Positions 44,560 to 58,006 of a stretch of 64,000 nucleotides of DNA are shown here, one piece after another. How positions within the stretch are numbered: position 1 is the stretch's first letter; every line of letters begins with the position of its first letter. This DNA comes from the human T2T-CHM13v2.0 reference genome, Homo sapiens. Both the position numbers and the translations under genes were made by a program. The notes beneath the pieces are model-generated. The model was given only the letters and a program-made list of their open reading frames with translations, was not told where the DNA came from and searched no databases. Location of the stretch: NCBI RefSeq assembly GCF_009914755.1, contig NC_060928.1. One strand, 5' to 3'.

Positions 44560-45710
44560 AAGGGTATTTTAAGAAGAGTGCTCCTGAAAGAGCAATTAAG
44601 ATGAAAACACACCCCCAGTTCCTTCTTTGTGCTCTTTGTAAAGCCCAAAACCCACACTTGAACATTATACCCCATCTGTACTTTCCTCCTCAGGGACATT
44701 TTTCAGGCAATTTTCCCATCTCTCTCCTGAACCATTTTTTCCCTTTTTTTGCTGAATCATTATCATCAACATAACACATGCTCTAATTTCTCCTACCTAT
44801 GAAAAATATTATGTCCCTCCAGCTGCTAATTCATATCCCTCCTTACCTTCAGATTTTCCATACTAGACTCAAAAGTTTTCTTCTAAATCCTGTCTTATAG
44901 AATTGAAAGTGGGAGGATCACATTCTCTATTGATAAGGAAGAAATCTTTGAATTTACCTTCATTCCTTTTTCCCTCACATCTTATATCAAATTCTTCTGC
45001 AAATCCTGTTGCCTCTACCTTGAAAGTACATCCAATTTCCCAGTGTTTTACCACCTCCATCCATCCCAACTACCGTGATTGAAGGCAATGTTGACTCAAG
45101 CCGAAATTATTTCCATGGCCTCCCTACTGGCTTCCCTGCTTCCAGCCTTCTATTTTTCTGTTTGTTGTCAGTGCAGTAGTAAGTATGATAGAGTAGTTAA
45201 CATATAATTACCCTATTCCAAATTCTCTAATGGCAGAATGCAGCTGATAATATCTTCTGGACCTAAAATGCTTCTAGCACCTGTGATCTTTCCCATTCTG
45301 AATATCAACATCTCTTCTATTACACTGAGCCACACTGTCTCTATTGCTCTCCTGTCAGGGTCTTCACACTTATTTTTTTCTCTGCCTTTTGTATTGTGAA
45401 ACAGATGAGTAGTTCTCTCTCTTGTCTTCTTCAAGAAATGCAACATCTCCACTTCAGTGGAAGAGTCTCCAGCAACTTATTGACAATTTCAAGCCCTGTT
45501 AGGGGTCTCTATCTCCTTTCACTGTATTATGTTTCTTCATAGCATTCATCCCTTTGTAACATAATAGACATTTTATTTCATGGTCTGACTCCTCCCACTG
45601 GAAGATAAGCTCCAGGAAGACAGGTATTTTTGTTGTTTTTTCCCCCAGGATTTAGAATAGTGCCTAACATAAAATGAACACTCAAGACATATTTATGGAG
45701 CCAATAACTC
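44560..45710. mobile_element. L2 LINE fragment
   Basis: Pyrimidine-rich L2 text; ctggaagataagctccaggaagacagg...tagaatagtgcctaacat 3' end. Confidence 0.75.
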
Positions 45711-47344
45711 AATATTGAAAAATTTCTGATGTCTTTTATACATTGATGTGTAGTTCTATTCATGTGATTTGATTGACTGATGTGCATTTCCAGTCTTGTA
45801 ATTTAACTTTACATTCATGTTTCAGAAGTCAACTAAACCTACAACAAAACACAGTATGTATTTACACATGATTTCACATTTCCAGTAAGAGCTCTAAGCA
45901 TTCAGAATAATTTAGGGACATTATCATAAAAGACACTTTCAATGTCCAGTTGTTTCAGTTTTTTTATATCTCTATTTTTGTTATATGTATTATATATGTG
46001 TATTACATATAAACATTATATATTTAAATTTTTTATTTTTACATTAAAGTTGGCAATAATATTTATCATCGGGGGAAATTCCTCTCTTTATAGCTATCTC
46101 ACTGAAAAGAAATATGACTTTTTTTTATAATGAATTGAATAAAATTTTAAAAAATGAAATTTGTCCCCATCAGGAAAAAGGTTGGTCACTGAAAAATTTG
46201 AATATTTATGGTCTGTTTTATAGCTAGGCATCTCAGCAGCATAAATAGAACAGGTAACTTTGCTAAAGGCCACGAAATAGTATACCTGAATGCCTGTGAG
46301 GTAAATATTGGAAATTTCCTCTTTGTCCTGAAGAGAATACAAAAGTAATAAAATAATAAAACCAATCTTAGTATAATGCTATCTTCTGACCTAATTATCA
46401 CTTTGGCTTTTTTATTCTTAATGTTACTTTTTTTTTTTTTCTGATACGGCGAGTCATGTTTGTGGGATAACTGCATTCGTCTGAAGAAAATGGATATCAC
46501 TCTGGTACTTTTCAATAGTCTTCTTTCTCCTGCCACATTTTTTTTCCTACAAGCTGTTAAACTACACCAGATAAATGTCTCATAATGTTCAGCATCAGGT
46601 TTCTTTGATGAACTACATGTCAAAAAAGCAGAATCCCACAACAAATTGAAATACTGGAGGCACAATTCAGATCTTGGCCTGAAGGGACAAAGATACTTGT
46701 AACTTCTGTTACTCAGTGCAACTTGGAAATAACAAGGAACAACAAAATGTGGAAGAAATGCAATAAGGCTTTGATTTATGTGGCTATTTCAAAGACTAAC
46801 CATGTTACCATTTATGGCCATTTTACATTTTTTAAGGCAATTATTACTGCTACAATTTTCTTAAATCCCTCTTTCTAGGCTTATTTCCACTGTGCATATT
46901 TTTATTTATGATGTAGTTTTATCATCCAATATGGAGCTGTCTATAAGTCGTAATAGACTAAATGGAGCCCATCACCACTCTTTCATCCTGAAAATAATTA
47001 CATTGCAAATAATATACTTTACTTTTGGAAATTTTTAACCTATAAAACTGTCACCTGACTGTCACATTGCTGAAACACTGAATTTTTATCCTCAGTGTCG
47101 TTAGAAGTAAGTATAAATAAAAAAGTTTTCTGATTTCTTAGTTTTATACATTTAACAAATCTTGTGACTGTGCAGATTTTTAAAATTGTTTTTTTCTCAC
47201 AAGGTGTTTTTGTTTCTAAATCAAGATGGGTAACTAACCATCACAAATTGTGGTGATGGGTTGGAAATTCTATACCAAAATATGACAAGAAAGAGAGGCA
47301 CAAAATAAATCACCTGAGTCCCACACATATTCTTTCTTGTTCTT

Positions 47345-47770
47345 TGGGATGGCTAATTTTGTGTGTCAACTTGGCTGGGCCACAGTGCTCAGATATTTGG
47401 TCAAATCTTATTGTGAATGTTTCTGTGAAGGTGTTTTTTGGATGAGATTTACATTTAAATTGGTAGATATTAAGAAAATCACTCTTCATAATATGAGTGG
47501 GCCAGATCTAATCAGTAAAACTCTTTAATGAGATAAAAACGTATCTCCATGAGCAAGAAGGAATTCTGCCTACAGGCTATATTTGAACTCAAAACACACC
47601 TCTTCCCTGGGTGCCCAGTCTTCCAGTCTACTCTGCAGATTTTAGACTTACAAAGCATTCCTACAAGAGGTAATTACTTAAAATAAATGTCTCTCTAACA
47701 CATACAAAGATGTATGTATACACACACACACACACCCTGCTGGTTCTCTTTCTCTAGAAAACACCAATTC
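47345..47770 (+). mobile_element. MLT2D-type ERVL LTR
   Basis: tgggatggctaattttgtgtgtcaacttggctggg...ggttctctttctctagaaaacac. Confidence 0.8.
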
Positions 47771-47774
47771 ACTC

Positions 47775-50700
47775 CAATTATGTAATAGCAGTCACACCTC
47801 TTTATGAAGACCACAGTCAACTACCAAAACTAGAATATAGCTGTATTTTATAATTCACTGACACAAATGTCCCAGGTGACTAGGCAGTGGCTGTTTTTAA
47901 ATAAAGTTTTTTTTACAGCTTTAGTTTTTTAGGTACTCTTCCTCTGTTACCTAAAGGAAGAGTTCATCCCTTTAGGACGGCCATAAATACAGAGCTTAAA
48001 GTTGCTACTTCTACCACATTGGTTTCCAGACCCAGGTATTTTATTTATTTGATGGAATGTTCTATAATAATCATTAATTTAAGCATTAAAAGGCATCATG
48101 GAGTAGAGTGTCCCATCAATGTAGCGTGAAATCTCCAAGCTTAGACCTCAGCTGCATCAAAAGAGATAATTCACCATTCTATTATACTATCATCTTCCTG
48201 AGGTGTAGTGTGAGATAGGAGCAGTGGATTACACGATCATGTATCTATAGGTGAATTTTCCATTTCATAAAATGTGTCTCTTGATGCCCACATCAGTCAA
48301 TCGACACTCTGTGAACCTTTTTATTTTTTAGTATTGTTGTTTAAGGTCTTGCAGACACAGAAGGACAATGGATACCCACCTGATTCTGTGTTTATCTGGT
48401 CAAGATGAATAGCTGTCTTTCATAGTGAAAGGGTGGAAAGAGTCTGAAATAGTTGTCTGCCAAGTGGCTGATTGATCTCCTCAAGATCAATCAAGAAATC
48501 AAGAGCTCAAAATCCACCTCTTTTGTTGACAAATCAAACATTAACCAGTAGAAGTAGCTAGGTTAGCCTTAGTGAATGGGAGTCCATATTGTTTGGCTCA
48601 CATATAAACTCCATTTCTGCCACCATGGCAACTCTTTTAAACAGTCCATTTTGAAAGTATTGATATGATTGTGGACAGAAGCTGATTAACACCAACTTCC
48701 TGAATCTTCTAGAGACACTAGATTATTTACCACCTCTTCTGCAATGGATGTTCTTTAATGGGCATTAACAGTTGGTACAAATATTTCTATTCATTACGCA
48801 TACTCTGAATGTGTATTCACACACATACTTTCCTAAATCTTCAGACCTGGCTTCTCCCATACAATTACTTAAACAAGTGGTGAACCGTCTTCCACTCTCC
48901 ATAATTCCATATATATATCTTTAGGACAGGCAAATTCTCTCCGCGTAAGATGTGGATAACCAGATGCAGCATATAATACTCTAATCAAAGAGAGGAATTA
49001 TTCTCATTACTGTGCTTAAGGGCACCCCTGAGTGTAGTTGTAGTGTAGTAGGAGTTCATGTTCAGTTTGCATACCTATATGGAGCCAATTCATCTGTGAA
49101 CCCAGCTTAATTGCTTCCTTCTTTGGCAGCTTGTCAGAAGGAATCCCATGTGGCAATAGGTGTGAACCGAAGAAAATAAATCTGCACAGCTGATATGGCT
49201 TGGCTGTGTCCTTACCCAAATCTCATCTTGAATTGTAGTTCCCATAATCCCCATGTGTTGTGGAAGGGACTCAGTGAGAGGTAATTGAATCATGATGGAG
49301 GTTACCTCCAAGCTGTTCTCATGATAGTGAGTTCTCACGAGATCTGATGGTTTTATAAGAGGCAATTCCCCTGCACATGCTGTCTCTTGTCTGCTGCCGT
49401 GTAAGATATAACTTTGCTCCTCCTTGCTTTCCACCATGATTGTGAGGCCTCCCCAGCCATGTGGAACTGTGAGTCAATTAAACCTCTTTCCTTTATAAAT
49501 TACCCAGTTTCAGGTAAGTCTTTATTAGCAGTGTCACAATGGACAGATACCTTAGTTGTTATCAGTATCAACAACTATGATAAGAGACATGGAATCTATT
49601 CATTCCATTTACTTGTGCCTTCTGGACCTGTTCAAGTAATTTTCTCTATGAATCATTTCAATATTAGAGATGAACTGCTCATAGGCCTGCCCAACCTTAT
49701 CATTGGTTGAGGCTGACAGTACCAGTTCATGGTGGGCAGTTCTGGATGCATCATTAATTGATGTCCCATGATTAGATACTTTATCTCTACCAAAACCTAG
49801 TAGCATGCTAGAAGATGACAGTTGAATGGTGTGTTAGTGCTGATAGCATGGTCTTGCTCCAGAACACTAAGGATCTGTGCTGTGAATCTTCTACTGAGTT
49901 TTGCCAGAGACTCCCCACTGTGTCCTTTTCCAACTCAGGTAATTAATTTTATTTAATTATACTAATTAAATAAATCTGCTATATTATATGGATCAAGTGG
50001 TAAGACTGCTTAAACTACAGCCTTGACTGGCTTTCTAGACTTTCTTGCTCTCAACACCACTCAAAATAATATTTCTTTCTTCATTATCATATGACAAATG
50101 CATTGGAGCTATATTCTAAAGTATGGGATATATGTATTGCTTCCGATACATAGAGTTCTACCCAAGCACTGTGCCTCTTTCTTGGTAGGAGGCAAGATAA
50201 ATAACTTTACTTTACGTTGGACAGATATGCAGTATGCCCTAAACCATTGCATCCTTAAATTTTACCTATGTACAGGTTTCTGAATCCTTGTAGATCTTAT
50301 CTCACACCTGCTAGAGATTATATTTATCTTACTAAGGATATCAAAGTACTTCCCATGTGTCAATCATAAAATATGATTAACTTGATTTCATCATTATGGA
50401 CCAATATGATGTTCTGTGGAATGTCCAGATGGCCCAGTGAATTTTGGAATAAATTTTGACAGAGAACAGGAAAATTATCCTAGATTTGTGGCATGATTAT
50501 GAATAAATGTGGCTCTATGTGAATGTAAACTATTTCTTATTCACTCTCTACATAAGATTAATAGCTGCTTATCACATAAACAAGTTAGCATTATACTTCT
50601 CTAGTAAAGATAACACATTAGGTACGGTAGCTGCAATAGAGGCCACCACATGGATAAATTTTAAGTAGATCATTGTAATTTTTCATGGACTACGTTCGGG

Positions 50701-52245
50701 AATTAAATGGGTATATAGTAGAGAATATCATCCCTACATCCTTTAAAGTTTTTGAGGATTATAGTGATATCAATTGTTCCGCTGTAATGAAAGTTTGCTT
50801 CTTTACTGTTGTGTCTGAGTGTGACAGCTTTAGAGACTTGTTATTGGCCTTTTCTACCACAATAGTTCTTACTCATAGGTCCATTGATGTAAGAACTCTG
50901 TTGACTGCTATGTCCATTCTCTTTGTACATTTGAGTACCAAGGAAATTACTACAGCGGGTGCCATGAACCTAGTGAACCCACTGAGAATGGATCCAGGCC
51001 AGGTATTCATTGAGTTCCTAACCTCAATATGCCTTTAATCACTGCTCTGAAGCTGTGTGTATTATTGCCAGTTGCAACCTGGGATCCATTTCCCCTCAAA
51101 AGAACTCCATGTTTTCCTTTCCTCAGTGTAAGATGACCTGAGCAGATGATTACAGGCCACTTTGGAATGGTGGAAATCAATACTCTATAAATGTTCTATT
51201 ATATTGAAGGGTGCTTTCCCATAGGGACACATTGCCAGTGAACGGGTTTCAAATATGATAACTGGTTCATGAATTTCCATTTATTTCTCCAGACTACATA
51301 TCCCTAGATGTATGTTTTAATCTATCTATTTATTCATCTATGTATCTATCATCTATGTTTTGACTTCCCATGTATTTTCCCCTAGTTTCCTATTTCAATT
51401 AAGCAGTTCCATAGATTCCCATAAATCAGTCCCCCAGCCCCACAAGCTACCACTCCAACTTTGCTGCCCATTATATTAATCTTGCTTTTGATGTTTAATT
51501 AAGTACTGCCACATTGTGCCTGCTATTCTTGGATCCTATCAATCCAAAGCTAATAGGTATTCCTGCTGTATAATACAGTCTATGATTATTAGTCATTGCC
51601 TACATGGTAGAGCCACTATTGAGCTTCTCAGTATTGCTTGTACCGTTTCATGAATGCATTCCTTATTTGTTTGGGACATGGAGTGACTTCCAGGCCTCCT
51701 AAAGAACATAATCAGATGGTGGATATTCTTCCTTATTGAGTAAATTATTCCAACATCCCAAATTATTTCAGTCTTATGTTCTCATCCCAGCCGCCCTGTC
51801 ATGACACATTTGCCTCTCTATGTCATGTAACATGGGTCATCAGTTTTTCTATGCTTCTAAGAGCTATACCAACTCTCTCCTTTCCCATCTTCCAGAAGTT
51901 CTTCCCAGGAAATTGTCTCCCGTAGTGAGGGAGTATGCTCTCCTTACCCTGTTTTATATTTTGAATCTTTTGATCCAAGATTTTACAATCACTCCAAGTT
52001 ATAGTATTCCTCATCCTAAAAGTTGCTATGATTTCACTTCCATAATGTTCAAACAGTAGAGACACTGAACAACGGAATGCATACCCTCCCACCTGTAACC
52101 CATTCCTCTCCACCACAGGTTATAGTCCTCACAAACACTACAACATCCTTTCAAGGATTGTTAATTTTCTATCTTCCATCAGTGATGTGGTCCTAATCAC
52201 ATTTTATCCAGTGCATCATCCACTTCTAGAATACCAAACTTAGAG
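47775..52245 (-). mobile_element. Decayed ERVL internal region (gag-pol)
   Basis: Minus strand near 50600-50690 encodes a degenerate ERVL RT segment (VVASIAATVPNVLSLLE, compare VVTPIAAAVPDVVSLLE); tttggtatt-like 5' start near 52238. Confidence 0.75.
49191..49551 (+). mobile_element. THE1D/MSTA solo LTR nested in the ERVL internal region
   Basis: tgatatggcttggctgtgtccttacccaaatctcatcttgaattgtag...tttattagcagtg. Confidence 0.9.
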
Positions 52246-52369
52246 TTCACTTTCTAGGGCTATACCAGTTTCTCCCATTACCAATAAAGTTATTTTTGGC
52301 TATTTAAAACTCTAAGATAAGGTGAGAGAACACGGAAATGAATCAGGGTAGTGTAATTTTTCTTACATC

Positions 52370-52800
52370 TTTCAGTCTTATGCTGTTTTACATTTTAAAA
52401 TTATTGGGGACCCTAAAAATATTCTTTGTGTGGGTTATATCTAAACATATTTACCATATTAAGAAAATAGAACAGAGAAATATTTATCCATTTATTGATT
52501 TAAAAGTAACAATAATAAACCCATTAACATTAATATCAACAATAGTTTTTATCAAATAACTATTTTCTGAAACAAAAGAAATACTTAGAACTGTGGTGTT
52601 ACTTTACATTTTGGCAAGTCTCTATAATGCATGACTTAAGAGAAGCAGCTAGATTTTGATATATGCATCTATATTCAAACTATTGTGACAGATCAATTGT
52701 ATTTAACTACATTAAAGTAAATGCAACCTCACACAGATATGTTTGTAGTATAGGGAAGAATATTTTAATAAACTTGATGAATAGTAGTTTCTAAAAGGTT
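52370..52800. mobile_element. Charlie1-type hAT DNA transposon fragment
   Basis: ttattggggaccctaaa...ataataaacccatta...tttacattttggcaagtctc. Confidence 0.7.
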
Positions 52801-52864
52801 ATTTTTATTATGGATTCTGACAGTGTGAAGAAGAGGATAAATTACAAAAGGAAACAGAAGGAAA

Positions 52865-54375
52865 TATCACAAGATACTTGGGGTGTCACTTCACCAGTCG
52901 GAAACTTCTGTGGCCAGTGGCACTTTACCAGAGTTTTGCTTGGGCCCTGGGCATATTTTACCTACTTGGCCTGGCAGGCTGCACTTGGCTGGTACTACCA
53001 GCCCAGATCCCATGCCTGCCAAGGGTAAGCCAGGCACAGAATGGCTCCAGGCACAGAGCAGCAGGGCAGACAGATCCAGGTGGTGGCACAGGTGCCAGGT
53101 CCATGCAAGGCTGCAGCTGCACCATATGTACTGCACATGGCTTCTGCTATAGGTACCCATGTCTGGATGAGGGAAATGCAGTAGTGCCTGGAAGCTCAGA
53201 GATGCCAGGAACTGCACAGCCCCAGAAAGGGTGTCACAGCCCTGGCTTGGGAGGGAGTCCTTAGGCCTGAGCTCCCCAAAGGGCCACAGCTCTTCTCTTC
53301 TTGTCCACAACATAGTGAGTGGGGTTTGTGTTTCAGTCCTGCTTGTGTTACAGCTCTTTCAGTCCCACCATTTGGTGGGTCCCAACTTCTTGTCTCATGT
53401 CCAGGAAGAATGAGGTATGCGGACAACTGCAGGGTGAGCAAAGCGGAGAGGCACTTTGAGTGACAGAACAGTTCTCACAGGACTGGAAGTGGGTAGCTCA
53501 TTTCTGCAGGCACATCACCCCAATGAGTGTCCAGCTCTCAGCGGAGAGGAGACCCTCAGTGGCTAGCTCCTTTCTGCAGGTGGTATTCCTGAGGTCTCTG
53601 TGAGTCTGGCTGAGTATAGGGTATTTAATAGGATTCAGAAGGGAAGAAGTGCATGCTGATTGGTCCATGGGCAGCTGTGGGTGGGCCCAGAAAAAGCACC
53701 GTAAGTTCTCACTCTGAGCCACTGACTTCACCTGGAATTGACACCCAGCCCCCATGCTTCAGGCCATCCCTGGGTTGAAGATGGGGCTTCACTGGGGACC
53801 TGCCCATTTCCACCCAAGAGCTTGTCTGCCTCCTTTTGCCATTGCTCATGTTGTCCATGGTGCTCAGGTTGTTTGGGCAGAGGGGCGCCTACAAGCCCGG
53901 CCAAGCCGCCCTCAATGCCCCCTCAGCCTCCCTCTCCCATGCTCATTGGTGCCCAAAGTCTGGAGGGGGCCAAGGCAGCAGGGGGCTGGCATGTCAGCGC
54001 CTCCTTGAGCTCCCACACACCTGGCCGGGTCACAACGGTGCCTGGGCTTGGCCTCAACTTTGCTCCAAAATCTGAATGAGCACCTAGAGCACGGGGAGGC
54101 CAGGCAGTGAGAGCAGGCACTTCTGAGCCTGTGGGAATAGAAGGCCTCCCTGGATTCCCAAGAGCATAGGGATGCCTGAGTCCATACCTGGCTGGGCAGG
54201 TGCTGCTGCGCCAGGGTGGGCATGGCTCCTGCCCTGCCAACTTGGAAGGTGGTAGGGTTCCCACCTGTTCCTGGTTCCCATGGGCTTTGTGGAGTGCACA
54301 GCCCTTGCCACGCCTCCTCCGCTGCAGCTGGCATCTTTGCAGCAGCTTGCTCTAGATGGGCCATCACTGTTATCA
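52865..54375 (-). mobile_element. Solo MER52-type long ERV1 LTR
   Basis: 1.5-kb GC-rich LTR; reverse complement starts TGATAACAGTGATGGCCCATCTAGAGC; TSD gaaa at 52861-52864 and 54376-54379. Confidence 0.9.
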
Positions 54376-54379
54376 GAAA

Positions 54380-54830
54380 TATTAGTGAATCTAAGGAAAA
54401 ATTAAGAGAACAGTTTTCCAGGAAGTCATGAAAATAATGTGTATTAAGCAAGAAGGAAAATGCAATAAGGAGGCAAGATGAGGATGGATGACTGCCAATT
54501 GGATTTGGTCACAGGGAGGTCATTAGTGATTTTGAAAAGGACAGTTCTGGAATGGTAGGCATGAAGTCCTGGTTGGCAGGTTTAAGAAATATTTGGTAGA
54601 AAAGAATTTGATATCAAATATAAATAATTTTATGAGGGACTTTGTTGAAAGGAGAAAAAAAATTGAGCTTCGGTTATTAGGGGTAAAAGCTAATAGGGGC
54701 CAAGCAAATTTTGCTTAGTTGTTTTGTTGTTGTGGGCGTTGTTCTACATGAGAATATTAGCATTATGGCTGCTATGTGATGGAAAATCAAAGAAATGTGG
54801 TAGAGAAGAAGAAATTTATGTAGGAGAGAG
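54380..54830. mobile_element. L2 fragment
   Basis: aagatgaggat...ttggatttggtcacagggaggtcattagtga. Confidence 0.7.
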
Positions 54831-57615
54831 TATTTTTAATTTTGCACTTTAATATTTTCTTCAAATGCTTCTCTAAATCAGACTAAGAGGATGCAAATAA
54901 AAATGAGACACTGATCGTAGGATGACAGACATATAAAATATGGTATAAATCTTATCTTACAAATTCTCCAGTTGAAGAAAGTGTAATCTGCTGTAGGAGC
55001 AGGAAAGCGTAACTCTACTCATGGGAAGACATTCTGAAAAGAGGCAGAGATTAAATGATAACCTCTGTTACATAATGAGGTAAAGCGATGGCACTATATT
55101 CTCCAGACTCATGGGTTCCATAGAAAGATTTTTTTTTAAATGCAGGCTGATGAAATCATCTGTTGTCTCTGTTTATTTTTAAAAGAGAGCACTGTAATAG
55201 AAGGGAGAAATGTTGTTTTGGTTTGGGACTTGGGGGGATGGGGGCATAAATTAGAAACAGTGATTTTACATGGGATGTTACTAAAGTAACTGCAGTGAGA
55301 ACTGATGGCACCAGAACTGAACGATGTCAGGTGTTGGAGACCAGAAAGCCTCTTCTACGTCCTACATTTTCTACCACCAATAAAAGGCTCTGTCAAAGTG
55401 TTTACTTCATCCAGCCTATGACACAAAACAAATATAACATGCATTTGTTTTGTAAACATAAGTTTAATGTTACCCTAATTTTAGATTTTACGGTGGTTTG
55501 TTTGACTTGTATTTGTTTAGTCTTCTTTATTATATCTCTTAATCAATCCTTCACCATATTTTTCCCTTTAAACTAAATACATATTTTTTTATATTCTAGG
55601 GGGTAGAGAAAGCCAAAGTAAATATATCTGAATGAAACTTTAGAGTATGAAATTGTGATTAGGAATGAAACATATCTCCGCATACACTTTATTTTCAGAG
55701 CTGGGAAGATGCACAATTTATTTTTTTTTACAATTCCTGTTATTTAGAGTCACAAACTTAAATGTTCAAGCACTGTTTTAAAATATTTCATTACTCTCAT
55801 TTTATTCAACTTACATACATTCCTTGAGCTGGTGAGAATATTACCGTGATATTTACTATCACTGTACATTATATTTTGTACAGTTAGCAATTTTTACTAT
55901 TTGTTAAATAAAACTGCCTTTGTTTCCCCAATATTTATTTCCCTAATTCATCAGGGAGATTAAAAAATATATTGAAGATTAAAGTTTAAAGCCTTCATGT
56001 GTATTATCTTCAGAATAAAAGTTTGATAATATGTTTAAGTATAGAATGTAAATAAGCATATTTGTTTCTTATGCAGCAAAGATTATAAAATAGGTTAAAA
56101 GATAGCAAGGACCCTTCAAGCCTCTCTTGTGCCTGTTTTGTAAAAACAATTTATCAAAGACAACATGCTTTTATTCTCACAACTCTTCAATTTTATTTAC
56201 AGACCATAGATACAGAAATGCAATTACTTTGCAAATGTAAGAGTATCTGGAGACATGTACTCTTAACCAATGTGACTTTACTTAGGTGCCTTATGAACTC
56301 TTAACTTCTTTGTAATACCTGAATCAAAAGTATTAGTTATTGTTGTCCTTCACTCAGAATTCTAGGTTAGGAAGTGCCTAAGGCATGGCAGAGTTATAGT
56401 GAATAGCAGGAGCTTTGCAGGCCTATGATTCCGCATGTGTTCCTGGCTGTTTCTTTGTTGTCGACTACAGAAAATGGGATGGATCTGTTAAGTATCCATG
56501 CTGATGCTCTCCAGAGACTCTGACAGAGGTGAGGAAATAAATGGTTTGAGGTGGGCACATTAAAGTGACTCTCATGTTGGTGTAACCGTTTTATGGTTTC
56601 AGCAGAGAACTATCTATAAACAGTTAATAATCTCATTTTATCTTGAGTTTCCTGCATTGTTGAACCAAACATAAAGAGCTTCTGAAACAAAGCTGTGTAT
56701 AAGGTTTGATTGTGCCTTTTAAGTGAGTGGAACTCACTCTGGAAGGGTGGGAATTCGTTAGTTAAATTGGCACTGCAGTTGGTTGTGTTTCCATTAAAAA
56801 AGAAAACACTGAAATGAAAATTCTGTGAAATATTGATGTCCTCGTTTCTTCTTTGAGAGTTTTTCAAGTAAAGCTGTGAAGCGAAATAAATTATACCTTT
56901 CTCTAAATATTGAATCCCTTGCTTTTAGGGTTTGCTTTCAGACAATTATATATTTTCCGGAAATTTTAAACCAAAAGATATTTATTGTCAAGTATTAGGA
57001 GGATAAAAATCACTGGAAGTATATTAAAAAGGTTCTGCCCACACTTCCAGGAATGATTCTACCTTTCAAATGAAACCACCTCTGCTGTAATCACAGGCTC
57101 AAATGCAAGAAAAAAAAATACCACAACAACTGACAGCAAGAAAACACACTAACAATCAGAAAGCAGACATGACATAAGTGCATTATCTCTGTCATTTGTA
57201 TGAGCACACATTTCCTTCCTCCTTGTTTTCTTAACTCAGTTCTTTATTTACCTAATGTGAATGCATATGATTGATCAGACCTAAATTGTATCCAGAAAAC
57301 TCACAGCAAGGACATCTGAGAAGCAGAGCTTTCAGATTTTTAACCTCTCCAATACATCAATGCACACTAGAAGAAAATTCTAATGGATCTTGACCATCAA
57401 TACACATTACATAATATCTATCCAACCTTGGAAGATACTTCTGTAAAGTTTATTGTAAGTTGAAATTCTGTATATGAATGTATATGAGACCCTAGTTTCC
57501 ACTTACATTATATGATTAAAGATAAGTTCCTATAGGATGGATAAAAAATTCAAGATCAAATTGTATACTCTACAGGGCAGATAGTCCCACTTGCCTTAAT
57601 TTTCTGAATGATTTT

Positions 57616-57985
57616 AATGGAGTCCCGATAAGTTGAGTAAATTACAAGGAGGAAGGGGTCCCAGGTTAGTGAGAACAATTTTTCTGAGAGACAGCTCATC
57701 ACAATCCCCTGCATGACATCTTATTCCCAAATACCTCATTCTGTATATAGCATAACCTTATTTGCACATCTTATCTGCACATAGTCCTTCCAGTATGACC
57801 CAATATAACTTCCTTCCAGCCCCTGCCTCTTGGCAGACAGCCCCTTCTCTGCTGTGCTGCCTGTTGCATCCTTGCAACGTATCTTTGTACTTTCTCTAAT
57901 AAATCTGCCTTTCTTTACCTATGACAGTCTTGGTCAATTCCTTTACTGCCTGTGATGATGGTCCCAGCCAGTCACACCTTCAACA
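57616..57985 (+). repeat. 5' LTR of provirus
   Basis: tggagtcc start, AATAAA near 57898, ends caaca; homologous to 63273-63651. Confidence 0.9.
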
Positions 57986-57988
57986 TTT

Positions 57989-58006
57989 TGGTGGCCTATA
58001 TGGAGA
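57989..58006 (+). promoter_or_regulatory. Primer-binding site, tRNA-Ile-like
   Basis: tggtggcctatatggaga matches TGGTGGCCCGTACGGGGA at 14/18; most mismatches fall at CpGs. Confidence 0.8.

Noticed and set aside
52810-54451. Dense stack of overlapping ORFs (up to 179 aa) in GC-rich DNA, resembling a gene or CpG island
   Set aside because: Lies almost entirely within a MER52-type LTR; the ORFs arise from high GC content and CpGs are depleted.
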